Of a stretch of DNA of 64,000 nucleotides, positions 55,278 through 63,183 are shown in pieces. A program made the position numbers and the translations under genes. The notes under the pieces were generated by a model. It was not told the DNA's origin and ran no database searches. It saw only the letters and a program-made list of their open reading frames with translations. The stretch's first letter is position 1; each line of letters starts with the position of its first letter. The DNA comes from an uncultured Dehalococcoidia bacterium (GTDB taxonomy: Bacteria > Chloroflexota > Dehalococcoidia > Dehalococcoidales > UBA1222). The stretch is from contig CAIMVG010000004.1 of assembly GCA_903844845.1 (NCBI GenBank), forward strand, positions 30,840 through 94,839. The letters run 5' to 3'.

Positions 55278-55328
55278 TATTTATTAATGGATGCATAAGC
55301 ATCTCTAATAATTGATAAAGGAGAAAAA

Positions 55329-56624
55329 ATGGCCGCTGATTACCGCCCAATGTGGACCGAACTAGGAATGGATCTCAAAGCCCATGATGCCCTGCTGGAC
55401 GCACTTGGCAAAGCATATCAAGATGTCTTCCTCTCTCAGAAGGTACGCCCCGAAGGAATGAGTTACCTCGACTTCGTCATGAGCGAGGTTCACGGACTGC
55501 GCATAAAAGAGTTAAACGATGCCCGTGCCACCGGACGTAAAGTTGTTGGGACCTTCTGCGTCTTCGTTCCCGAAGAAATCGTTTTGGCAGCCGACGCCAT
55601 CTGCGTCGGACTGTGCGCCGGCGCCGAATTCGGCTTCGAAGAAGCAGAGAAACTCCTTCCGCGTAATACCTGCGGCCTTATCAAGAGCGCCTTTGGTTTC
55701 AAGCTCACGAAGGTATGCCCTTATACTCAAAGCTCCGACATGGTCGTCGGCGAAACAACTTGCGATGGAAAGAAAAAGGCCTATGAGATTTTTAAGGATA
55801 TTCAACCAAACGTATATATAATGGAAATCCCTCAAATGAAGAACACAGCCGATCGCCAGCTTTTCGCCTCTGAATACTGGCGCTTCAAAGAGGCTGTGGA
55901 AAAGCTCACCGGGGTCACCATCACGGCCGAACGACTCAAGAAAGCCATCATTACGGTCAACAACAAGCGCAAAGCATTACATCGCCTGGCCCTTTTACGC
56001 GCAACTGATCCCGCCCCCATCTCCGGCCTCGACTCACTGCTCATCAACCAGGTTGCTTTCTACGACGACCCAGTGCGCTTCACCGGAGCCATCAACAAGA
56101 TCTGCGACGAACTGGAAGGTCGCATTAAACAGAACTCGGGCGTGGCGCCCAAGCACACACCACGTGTGCTCATCTCAGGATGCCCCATGTCGGTGCCAAA
56201 CTGGAAACTGCCGCTGGTCATCGAAACCTCGGGCGCAGTCATTGTAGGCGAGGAGTCCTGTGTCGGCGAACGAGGGCAGCGCAACCTTGTCGATGAGAAG
56301 CCCCATACCATCGAGGGCGAGATGGAAGCACTCATCGATCGCTATTTCAAAATAGACTGCGCGGTCTTCACACCCAATCAGGACAGAACCGACCACATCA
56401 TATCAATGGCCAAGGAATACAAAGCCGACGGCGTCATCCATTATGCACTACAATTCTGCTCGCCCTACACTGTCGAGTCTTACCTCGTAGAGAAGGAATT
56501 GGCCAAACACGGCATCCCGATGCTCAAGATTGAGACAGACTACAGCATGGAAGACGTGGGCCAACTCAAAACCCGCATCGAAGCTTTCATAGAAACATTC
56601 AGGCAACCAGCATGGTCTCACTAG
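55329..56624 (+). CDS. 2-hydroxyacyl-CoA dehydratase / benzoyl-CoA reductase BcrC-BadD-HgdB family protein (single-subunit, double-cubane-cluster-protein-like)
   Basis: 431 aa with conserved Cys spread along the protein (FCVF, CVGLC, NTCG, TTCDG, SGCP, SCVG, QFCSP). AAAGGAG SD. It is followed by an overlapping activase gene. Confidence 0.8.
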   Translation: MAADYRPMWTELGMDLKAHDALLDALGKAYQDVFLSQKVRPEGMSYLDFVMSEVHGLRIKELNDARATGRKVVGTFCVFVPEEIVLAADAICVGLCAGAEFGFEEAEKLLPRNTCGLIKSAFGFKLTKVCPYTQSSDMVVGETTCDGKKKAYEIFKDIQPNVYIMEIPQMKNTADRQLFASEYWRFKEAVEKLTGVTITAERLKKAIITVNNKRKALHRLALLRATDPAPISGLDSLLINQVAFYDDPVRFTGAINKICDELEGRIKQNSGVAPKHTPRVLISGCPMSVPNWKLPLVIETSGAVIVGEESCVGERGQRNLVDEKPHTIEGEMEALIDRYFKIDCAVFTPNQDRTDHIISMAKEYKADGVIHYALQFCSPYTVESYLVEKELAKHGIPMLKIETDYSMEDVGQLKTRIEAFIETFRQPAWSH

Positions 56625-57367
56625 GTATAGATATAGGTTCTCGTACAATCAAGGTGGCCGTCCTCGAGGACGGCCACCTTAAGTTCAGTCATGTTTCCGA
56701 CAGTTCTTACGATCCCATGGCCATAGCCCACAAACTGCTGGAAGGGCTGGAATACGATAGCATAACGGCCACCGGTTATGGCCGTCACAACTTCAAGGCA
56801 CACTTTGACTGTCCAGTCATCAGCGAAATAAAGGCCTTCGGGCAGGGGGCACTCTTCTTCTTCCCCGAAACCGCCGCTATCCTCGACATCGGAGGACAAG
56901 ACACCAAGACCATCTTACTCGACGCCAGCGGTCGAGTTTCTAAGTTCGAAATGAACGACCGCTGCGCCGCGGGTACAGGGCGTTTCATGGAAATCATGGC
57001 TAACGCGCTGCATTACACAATGACCGAGTTCGGCAAAGTGGCTCGTACGGCAAAATCGGCTGAGAAGATCAGCAGCATGTGTACAGTATTCGCCGAGAGC
57101 GAGGTAGTGTCCCTAATAAACAGTGGAGCGGACCGCGAGGGGGTGGCGCTGGGAATTCATGAAGCCATCGCTTCCAGAGCTTTGACCATGCTCGGCAAGC
57201 TTGGCGATTTCAAGAACCTGGTATTCGCCGGAGGTGTTGCCTACAACCCCTGCATGCGACAGATACTCGCCGAGCGCCTGGGCATTCCGATACTCGTCCC
57301 AGTGGACCCGCAGATAGTGGGAGCAGTCGGCGCAGCACTCGAGGGGGTCGGTCGTCTAGCGAGTTGA
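56612..57367 (+). CDS. Acyl-CoA dehydratase activase / BcrAD-BadFG-HgdC-type ATPase
   Basis: Contains GIDIGSRTIKVAVL and the NDRCAAGTGRFMEIMA cluster-bridging Cys motif. 251 aa; overlaps the upstream gene by 13 nt. Confidence 0.88.
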   Translation: MVSLGIDIGSRTIKVAVLEDGHLKFSHVSDSSYDPMAIAHKLLEGLEYDSITATGYGRHNFKAHFDCPVISEIKAFGQGALFFFPETAAILDIGGQDTKTILLDASGRVSKFEMNDRCAAGTGRFMEIMANALHYTMTEFGKVARTAKSAEKISSMCTVFAESEVVSLINSGADREGVALGIHEAIASRALTMLGKLGDFKNLVFAGGVAYNPCMRQILAERLGIPILVPVDPQIVGAVGAALEGVGRLAS

Positions 57368-57495
57368 CGGGCCATTCATAAACCTCCGCTGTCGGTAATA
57401 GAAAACAAGAATAGGAAGAGAACGCCCTATATGTTTCTTTGTTTTTGAACAAGCACCATAGTTGCCATTGTGAAGACAAATCGCTGTGGCACCTA

Positions 57496-57524
57496 TTGAC
57501 ACCCCCAAGACAGGATGGTATAGT
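57496..57524 (+). promoter_or_regulatory. Candidate sigma70 promoter TTGACA-17-TATAGT of the shikimate-operon leader
   Basis: ttgaca lies at 57496-57501 and tatagt at 57519-57524. The predicted start falls within a few nt of ATG 57534. Confidence 0.55.
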
Positions 57525-57533
57525 CATAAAACG

Positions 57534-57599
57534 ATGTTGTCTAATATTTCGAGCAGCTATTACGCATATTATTACTTTACCAACGCCTCATGGCGCTAG
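57534..57599 (+). CDS. Putative aromatic-amino-acid leader peptide MLSNISSSYYAYYYFTNASWR
   Basis: My own translation gives 21 codons then TAG, including 5 Tyr, 1 Phe and 1 Trp (YYAYYYF at 57558-57578). It lies between a promoter and an intrinsic terminator upstream of the aro operon. No SD is present. Confidence 0.5.
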   Translation: MLSNISSSYYAYYYFTNASWR

Positions 57600-57643
57600 G
57601 GAGAATGACGGTTTTTAAATCGTAGAACACAACAAGCATTATT

Positions 57644-57669
57644 AATCCTCCCGGTCGGGAGGATTTTTT
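57644..57669 (+). terminator. Intrinsic terminator / attenuator upstream of the DAHP synthase gene
   Basis: AATCCTCCC-GGTC-GGGAGGATT is a 9-bp stem followed by TTTTTTAGTTT. It lies 42 nt upstream of ATG 57712. Confidence 0.75.
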
Positions 57670-57711
57670 AGTTTAAGGGGAATTATTAAAATATAAAGGG
57701 AGGCAACGACA

Positions 57712-58791
57712 ATGATCATCATGAAAGCCGACGCAACCAAACAGGAAATCGACAACGTGATCGCGGAGGTCAATAAACTCGGCCTGAGGGCCGATGTTTC
57801 TCGCGGCGAATCACTGACCATCATAGGGCTGGTAGGCGATGAACGGAAGATCCCTTTTTCTTACCTTTCAGTCCTTCCAGGGGTGCGCGATGCACACATG
57901 ATCGAAACTCCCTATAAACTCATCAGCCGCGAATACAGCAAAGCCTTTCAGGAACCTTCTGAAAACAGGGTCATCCACGTGGGCAATGTCGAAATAGGAG
58001 GCGAGACCCCAACGTACATCGCTGGTCCCTGCGCAATCGAAAGCCGCACACAACTCTTCCGCATCGCAGAAGAAGTAAAAAAAGCAGGGGCACATATCCT
58101 GCGCGGCGGTATATTCAAACCACGGAGTTCAGCGCATTCTTTCCAGGGACTGGGGGCTAAAGGGGACGAGGAAGCGCGGGAAGCCCTCACGTGGTTGCGC
58201 GACGCCGGGCGGGCATTTGAAATGCCTGTGCTCACGGAAGTTCGCGGCGAGAATCAAGTAGATCTTATCGCTGAATACGTCGATATCCTCCAGGTGGGGG
58301 CGCGAAACATGTACGACCAGGACCTACTCGGAGTTCTCGCCAGAAAAAGCAAACCGGTATTCTACAAACGCCACTTCGGGGCCAGTGTCGAAGAGTTCCT
58401 CTCATTTTCCGAATACATCGCCGTCGAGGGAAACAAAGACATCATCCTGTGCGAACGAGGCGAGCTGCCTATCGGCAAAGGCAAAAATTTCACACGCTAC
58501 ACGCTCGACCTGGCCGCTATCCCGGTCATCCAGAAGGAAACTTACCTTCCCGTCATGGCCGACCCCAGCCACGCCACCGGTCGCCGAGACCTGATCTATC
58601 CGATGAGCTGTGCAGCCATGGCAGCGGGTGCAAGCGGACTGGCAATTGAGGTACACTATAATCCAGCAGAATCGTGGGTGGACGCGGCCCAGGCGATAAC
58701 AGCCGATGAGCTGAAAAAAATCATCGACGATTGCAACCGCATCCACGGCCTCACAGCAGGACAAAACAAGAAGGTCAAGGCAGGGAAATAA
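57712..58791 (+). CDS. aroF: 3-deoxy-7-phosphoheptulonate (DAHP) synthase, type I-beta with N-terminal ferredoxin-like/ACT-like regulatory domain
   Basis: Contains GPCAIESRTQLFRIAEEVKKAGAHILRGGIFKPRSS and roughly 70 extra N-terminal residues, as in Thermotoga-type DAHPS. GGGAGG SD. Confidence 0.9.
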   Translation: MIIMKADATKQEIDNVIAEVNKLGLRADVSRGESLTIIGLVGDERKIPFSYLSVLPGVRDAHMIETPYKLISREYSKAFQEPSENRVIHVGNVEIGGETPTYIAGPCAIESRTQLFRIAEEVKKAGAHILRGGIFKPRSSAHSFQGLGAKGDEEAREALTWLRDAGRAFEMPVLTEVRGENQVDLIAEYVDILQVGARNMYDQDLLGVLARKSKPVFYKRHFGASVEEFLSFSEYIAVEGNKDIILCERGELPIGKGKNFTRYTLDLAAIPVIQKETYLPVMADPSHATGRRDLIYPMSCAAMAAGASGLAIEVHYNPAESWVDAAQAITADELKKIIDDCNRIHGLTAGQNKKVKAGK

Positions 58792-58795
58792 GCCG

Positions 58796-59875
58796 ATGCA
58801 CGTCCTAAAGGTTTCACCCGGTTCATCAAATTATAATGTTTATATAGGACCGGGTGTCCTTGGCGAAATACCGGTCCGGTTGAAACGATCCATTGCGGGT
58901 AAACGCCTGTTCGTGGTCACAAATCCCGCTATTTTTGAATTACACGGATTCAACTTGAAAGAGGAACTGCAAAGAGAGGGATTCGAGGTCGGGATTCTTA
59001 TGGTACCCGAAGGCGAGGAATTTAAATCCCTCGAAACAGCGGGCAGACTTTACACTGAGCTGGCCTCCCAAAATGCGGAACGCAGTACACCAATCCTTGC
59101 GCTTGGCGGCGGCGTCATAGGGGACCTGGCAGGTTTTGTTGCCGCAACTTACATGCGCGGAATGCCGCTCATACAGATTCCCACAACCTTGCTGGCCCAG
59201 GTGGATAGCTCCATCGGTGGGAAGACCGCAGTCAACCATGACCAGTTAAAAAACCAGATCGGCGCTTTTCACCAGCCATCGGCGGTTTTCAGCGACACTT
59301 TTGTGCTCAAGACGCTCCCCCCGGGGCAGATATCCAATGGTCTGGCAGAGGTAATCAAAAGCGCCATAATAAGCGATCCACAGCTTTTCTCGTTATTGGA
59401 ACACAGGATGGGTAATATGCTCGCGCTGGAACAGAAAACGATGGATGCCGTCATTATACGTGCAGCCGGTGTCAAAGCACGGATAGTCAACAATGACGAA
59501 CGTGACAAGAGGCGTCGCAATATCCTCAACCTAGGGCACACCACAGGGCATGCCCTCGAAACCGTCACGCGCTACAAGATAAACCATGGCACGGCCGTGG
59601 CGATTGGAATGATTATAGCGGCCCGCATCTCTCTTAAGATGGGGTTATTCTCACAGAGAGACCTCGGGCGCATTACCAGTGTAATTACGGCTGCCGGTCT
59701 TCCGACAAGCATACCCGACGCCAGTGTCGCTGACATTCTGGCAGCCGTAAGACATGATAAAAAAATATCAGCTGGACGTTTAAAATTCATCCTTCCCGTC
59801 GGAATAGGAAAGGTAATTATTTCGGACAGGGTCAGTCTCGAAATGGTCGCCCAAGCGCTGGAAGAACAGGCGTGA
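58796..59875 (+). CDS. aroB: 3-dehydroquinate synthase
   Basis: Contains GGGVIGDLAGFVAATYMRGMPLIQIPTTLLAQVDSSIGGKTAVN. Confidence 0.95.
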   Translation: MHVLKVSPGSSNYNVYIGPGVLGEIPVRLKRSIAGKRLFVVTNPAIFELHGFNLKEELQREGFEVGILMVPEGEEFKSLETAGRLYTELASQNAERSTPILALGGGVIGDLAGFVAATYMRGMPLIQIPTTLLAQVDSSIGGKTAVNHDQLKNQIGAFHQPSAVFSDTFVLKTLPPGQISNGLAEVIKSAIISDPQLFSLLEHRMGNMLALEQKTMDAVIIRAAGVKARIVNNDERDKRRRNILNLGHTTGHALETVTRYKINHGTAVAIGMIIAARISLKMGLFSQRDLGRITSVITAAGLPTSIPDASVADILAAVRHDKKISAGRLKFILPVGIGKVIISDRVSLEMVAQALEEQA

Positions 59876-60528
59876 ACCCTCAGCGTATCTGTGCTGTAAT
59901 TACGACCCATGAAGCTGCCGCCACCCCTGAGCTGTGGGCCGGTGCGGACCTGGTTGAAATCAGGATAGACTTGATAGGCCATGGGTGGGATAAATCGATT
60001 CGCTCCCTGAAAAAACCGTGGATAGCCACCAACCGCTTGAAGGCTGAGGGCGGACTTTGGGAGGGAACCGAAGAAGCCAGGCGAACAGAACTCCTAAAAG
60101 CGCTTTCAATGGGAGCAGACATCATTGATATTGAACTAGCCGCCCCGGACCTCGAAGAAATAATACCCCAGATCAAGAAGAAAGCCCGTTGCATGATATC
60201 CCATCATGATACGAAACGAACACCCCCACGGTCAGAACTCCGCCGTATTATTAACGATGAGCTGGCGGCCGGGGCTGATATCTGCAAACTCGTGACCACC
60301 GCACGCGCATTCGACGATAATGCCGTTATGCTTGGAATAATAAACGAATTCAAACCCGCGGACGTTGTGGCTTTCTGCATGGGGCCCCTGGGACAATTAA
60401 GCCGTATCCTCTCCCCGCTCAGCGGAGGTATTTTCACATACGCCGCACTCACCGAACACGATACATCGGCGCCCGGGCAATTGACCATTTCACAGGTGAA
60501 AGGCGTATTCGGAACATTGAGCCCATGA
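59872..60528 (+). CDS. aroD: 3-dehydroquinate dehydratase, type I
   Basis: 218 aa of the type I family (…ISHHD…CMGPLGQLSRIL). Overlaps aroB by 4 nt. Confidence 0.88.
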   Translation: MNPQRICAVITTHEAAATPELWAGADLVEIRIDLIGHGWDKSIRSLKKPWIATNRLKAEGGLWEGTEEARRTELLKALSMGADIIDIELAAPDLEEIIPQIKKKARCMISHHDTKRTPPRSELRRIINDELAAGADICKLVTTARAFDDNAVMLGIINEFKPADVVAFCMGPLGQLSRILSPLSGGIFTYAALTEHDTSAPGQLTISQVKGVFGTLSP

Positions 60529-61943
60529 TAAACGCCGGTACAAAACTCTGTGGGGTGATTGGAGACCCCGTCAAGCATACCCTCTCGCCTGTCATGCATA
60601 ATAGGGCCATTGCAGAGCTTGGAATCGATTATGCTTACCTGGCATTTAATGTCAAAACCACCAACCTCGGGGCTTCAATCGAGGGTATGCGGGCACTGGG
60701 GATAAGGGGGCTGAACGTCACTATCCCCCACAAGGTCGCGGTCGTGCAGTTTCTCGATGAACTTGACCCGCTGGCGCGTGATATAGGCGCCGTTAATACG
60801 ATAGTAAACGACGAAGGGAAGTTGAAAGGGTATAACACAGACGCCGCAGGGTTCCTCCAATCGCTCGATGCAGCAGGGTTCGAACCAATGGGTAAAAAAG
60901 TGGTGCTGCTCGGCGCGGGCGGCGCTGCCAGGGCGATGGGATTCGCCCTGGCACAAGCTGGCTCCCTGATCACTATACTGAACCGCAAACCCACACTTCC
61001 ACAGGCTGTCATTTTATCGAACAACCTCGAACGCACATGCGGTTCGAAGGTGACGGTAATGGAACTCAACGCGACGAACCTGAAAACCGTCATGGCCGAA
61101 GCCGAGTTGCTGGTCAATGCTACAAGTGCCGGCATGGAGCCTGCCGTGGATGAAACGGCCGTTCCGACTGACCTATTAAAACCCGGGATCACGGTCTTCG
61201 ACGTAGTTTACACCCCATATGAAACCAGGTTGTTGAAAGAGGCGGCCGCACGGGGATGCCAGGTAATAAGCGGTCTCGAAATGCTGGTGAGCCAGGCTGC
61301 ACTCGCGCTGGAACTCTGGACAGGGATGCAAGCCCCTCTTGGCGTGATGCGAGAGGCCGCGATTTCAGCCGTGTATCCAGGGACCGGTGGAACAAGTGTA
61401 AAAACACCGGAAATCGAAAAAACGGAAAAAACAAACGTGGCCCTAGTCGGCTTCATGGGTGCAGGCAAAACAGCAGTCGGTAAAGCACTTGCCAGAAAAA
61501 TGGGAAAACCATTCGCTGACCTGGATGCGCTTGTAGAAAAAAAAGCCGGTAAAAGTGTTGCACGCATCTTCAAAGAGGATGGGGAACCCGTCTTCCGGAA
61601 GCTGGAAAAAGCCTCAACAACTGATATTGCCTGTAAATCAGGCCGGGTAATCGCCTGCGGCGGGGGTGTCCCGCTCGACCCCGCCAATATAACCGCTTTG
61701 AAACAGAGTTCGGTCGTAGTTTATTTGAAGACCTCGAACACGGAGATTATCAAACGGGTCTCCTCCGGCCCCGTGCGACCCCTTCTGGCTGACGGCAAAG
61801 ACATTACAACGTTAATCGCCGCACGCACACCGTTTTACGAGCAATCGGCGGACATCACAATCGACACTACGAGAATCACTATAGAATGCGTTGCCGAGAA
61901 GATTATCGAAAGATTGGGTAAATATGAAAGTTTCCGTTTCTAA
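60525..61943 (+). CDS. aroE: Bifunctional shikimate dehydrogenase / shikimate kinase (AroE-AroK fusion)
   Basis: The N-terminal part is AroE (VIGDPVKHTLSPVMHN...GAGGAARA). The C-terminal 170 aa or so carry the P-loop GFMGAGKTAVGKALA and AroK motifs. Confidence 0.9.
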   Translation: MINAGTKLCGVIGDPVKHTLSPVMHNRAIAELGIDYAYLAFNVKTTNLGASIEGMRALGIRGLNVTIPHKVAVVQFLDELDPLARDIGAVNTIVNDEGKLKGYNTDAAGFLQSLDAAGFEPMGKKVVLLGAGGAARAMGFALAQAGSLITILNRKPTLPQAVILSNNLERTCGSKVTVMELNATNLKTVMAEAELLVNATSAGMEPAVDETAVPTDLLKPGITVFDVVYTPYETRLLKEAAARGCQVISGLEMLVSQAALALELWTGMQAPLGVMREAAISAVYPGTGGTSVKTPEIEKTEKTNVALVGFMGAGKTAVGKALARKMGKPFADLDALVEKKAGKSVARIFKEDGEPVFRKLEKASTTDIACKSGRVIACGGGVPLDPANITALKQSSVVVYLKTSNTEIIKRVSSGPVRPLLADGKDITTLIAARTPFYEQSADITIDTTRITIECVAEKIIERLGKYESFRF

Positions 61944-63183
61944 AAGCCAGGTACACGGCATCATCGATGCCCCATCATCAAAGAGCTACACCATTCGATC
62001 TGTGATGTGCGCGGCCCTTGCCAAAGGGGAGAGCTATATCCGACGCCCACTTACGTCAGACGATACACTGGCGGCAACCGATGTGTTGCGTAAAATAGGG
62101 GCGGAAATCCACCAGAGCGCTTTCGGATGGCGGGTAACCGGGGGTGCCATTAAAACTCCCGAATCAGAGCTTTTCTGCCGAGAATCCGCTGCCACCTTCC
62201 GCTTCATGGTCGCCCTTTCAGCAGGTGTACCGGGCACCGTACGCCTGGTGCCGGGACAGACCCTTGCCAGACGCCCCATACTTCCACTGATAGATGCCAT
62301 GGCTCAACTCGGAGTCAAATGCCGGCTAGACGGCTCAGTGGTCGTTGTCGAGGGAGGAAGTTTCCCGGGCGGGACAGCCGTGCTGGAAGGAGACGTTAGC
62401 TCGCAATTCGTGTCTGCCATCATGATGACCGGGCCTCTGGCACAGCAGGGCATCCATATCGAATTGAAATCACAACCAACTTCGAAACCTTATCTCGATA
62501 TGACAATCGAATGCCTGAGAAAATTCGGCATACGCGTAACCGCCTCTCCTGGGATGACCGATTTCAAAGTGGATAAACAGGATTACAGGCCGACCGAATA
62601 CACGGTAGAGGGCGATTGGTCGCAGGCATCCTACCTGCTCGCGCTGGGAGCCATTTCGGGAGACGTGGTGGTCAGCAACCTCAACGCAGAAAGCCTGCAA
62701 GGCGACCGTGTCGTACTCAACCTGATACAAAAAATGGGAGCTCGCCTTTCGGTTCGGCGAAGTTCGGTCATGGTGCAGAGGTCTTTGCTGCATGGTATCA
62801 ACGCCGACCTGAGTGACTGTATCGACCTTCTGCCCACGCTTGGAGTGCTGGCTTCCTTAGCCGACGGCGAAAGCCATTTCAGCGGCATCAAAGGTGCCCG
62901 GCTCAAAGAATCCAACAGAGTAGAGGCGCTTTCACAGGAATTACAAAAGATGGGCATCCGGGTACGCGAGGACGAAAATTCAATCACAATTTTCGGTGGG
63001 CATCCGCATGGCGCCAATATCGACAGTCATTCAGACCACCGCATGGCGATGGCTTTCGGAGTACTCGGAACGGCGATAGGCGACACCTCGATAACCGGTG
63101 CCGAAAGCGTCGAAAAGACTTATCCCGATTTCTGGAAAGCGCTGGGTTCTCTCGGCGCAAAGGTAGCCTTCCATGTCAAATAG
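61924..63183 (+). CDS. aroA: 3-phosphoshikimate 1-carboxyvinyltransferase (EPSP synthase)
   Basis: Start at ATG 61924 (MKVSVSKSQVHGIIDAPSSKSYTIR). Contains the C-terminal HSDHRMAMAF. Confidence 0.93.
   Translation: MKVSVSKSQVHGIIDAPSSKSYTIRSVMCAALAKGESYIRRPLTSDDTLAATDVLRKIGAEIHQSAFGWRVTGGAIKTPESELFCRESAATFRFMVALSAGVPGTVRLVPGQTLARRPILPLIDAMAQLGVKCRLDGSVVVVEGGSFPGGTAVLEGDVSSQFVSAIMMTGPLAQQGIHIELKSQPTSKPYLDMTIECLRKFGIRVTASPGMTDFKVDKQDYRPTEYTVEGDWSQASYLLALGAISGDVVVSNLNAESLQGDRVVLNLIQKMGARLSVRRSSVMVQRSLLHGINADLSDCIDLLPTLGVLASLADGESHFSGIKGARLKESNRVEALSQELQKMGIRVREDENSITIFGGHPHGANIDSHSDHRMAMAFGVLGTAIGDTSITGAESVEKTYPDFWKALGSLGAKVAFHVK

Noticed and set aside
57368-57711. A T-box or known riboswitch as the explanation for the aro leader
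   Set aside because: I could not find the conserved T-box sequence or specifier-loop layout, nor any riboswitch core I recognise. The small aromatic-rich ORF plus terminator fits leader-peptide attenuation better. This has not been verified computationally.
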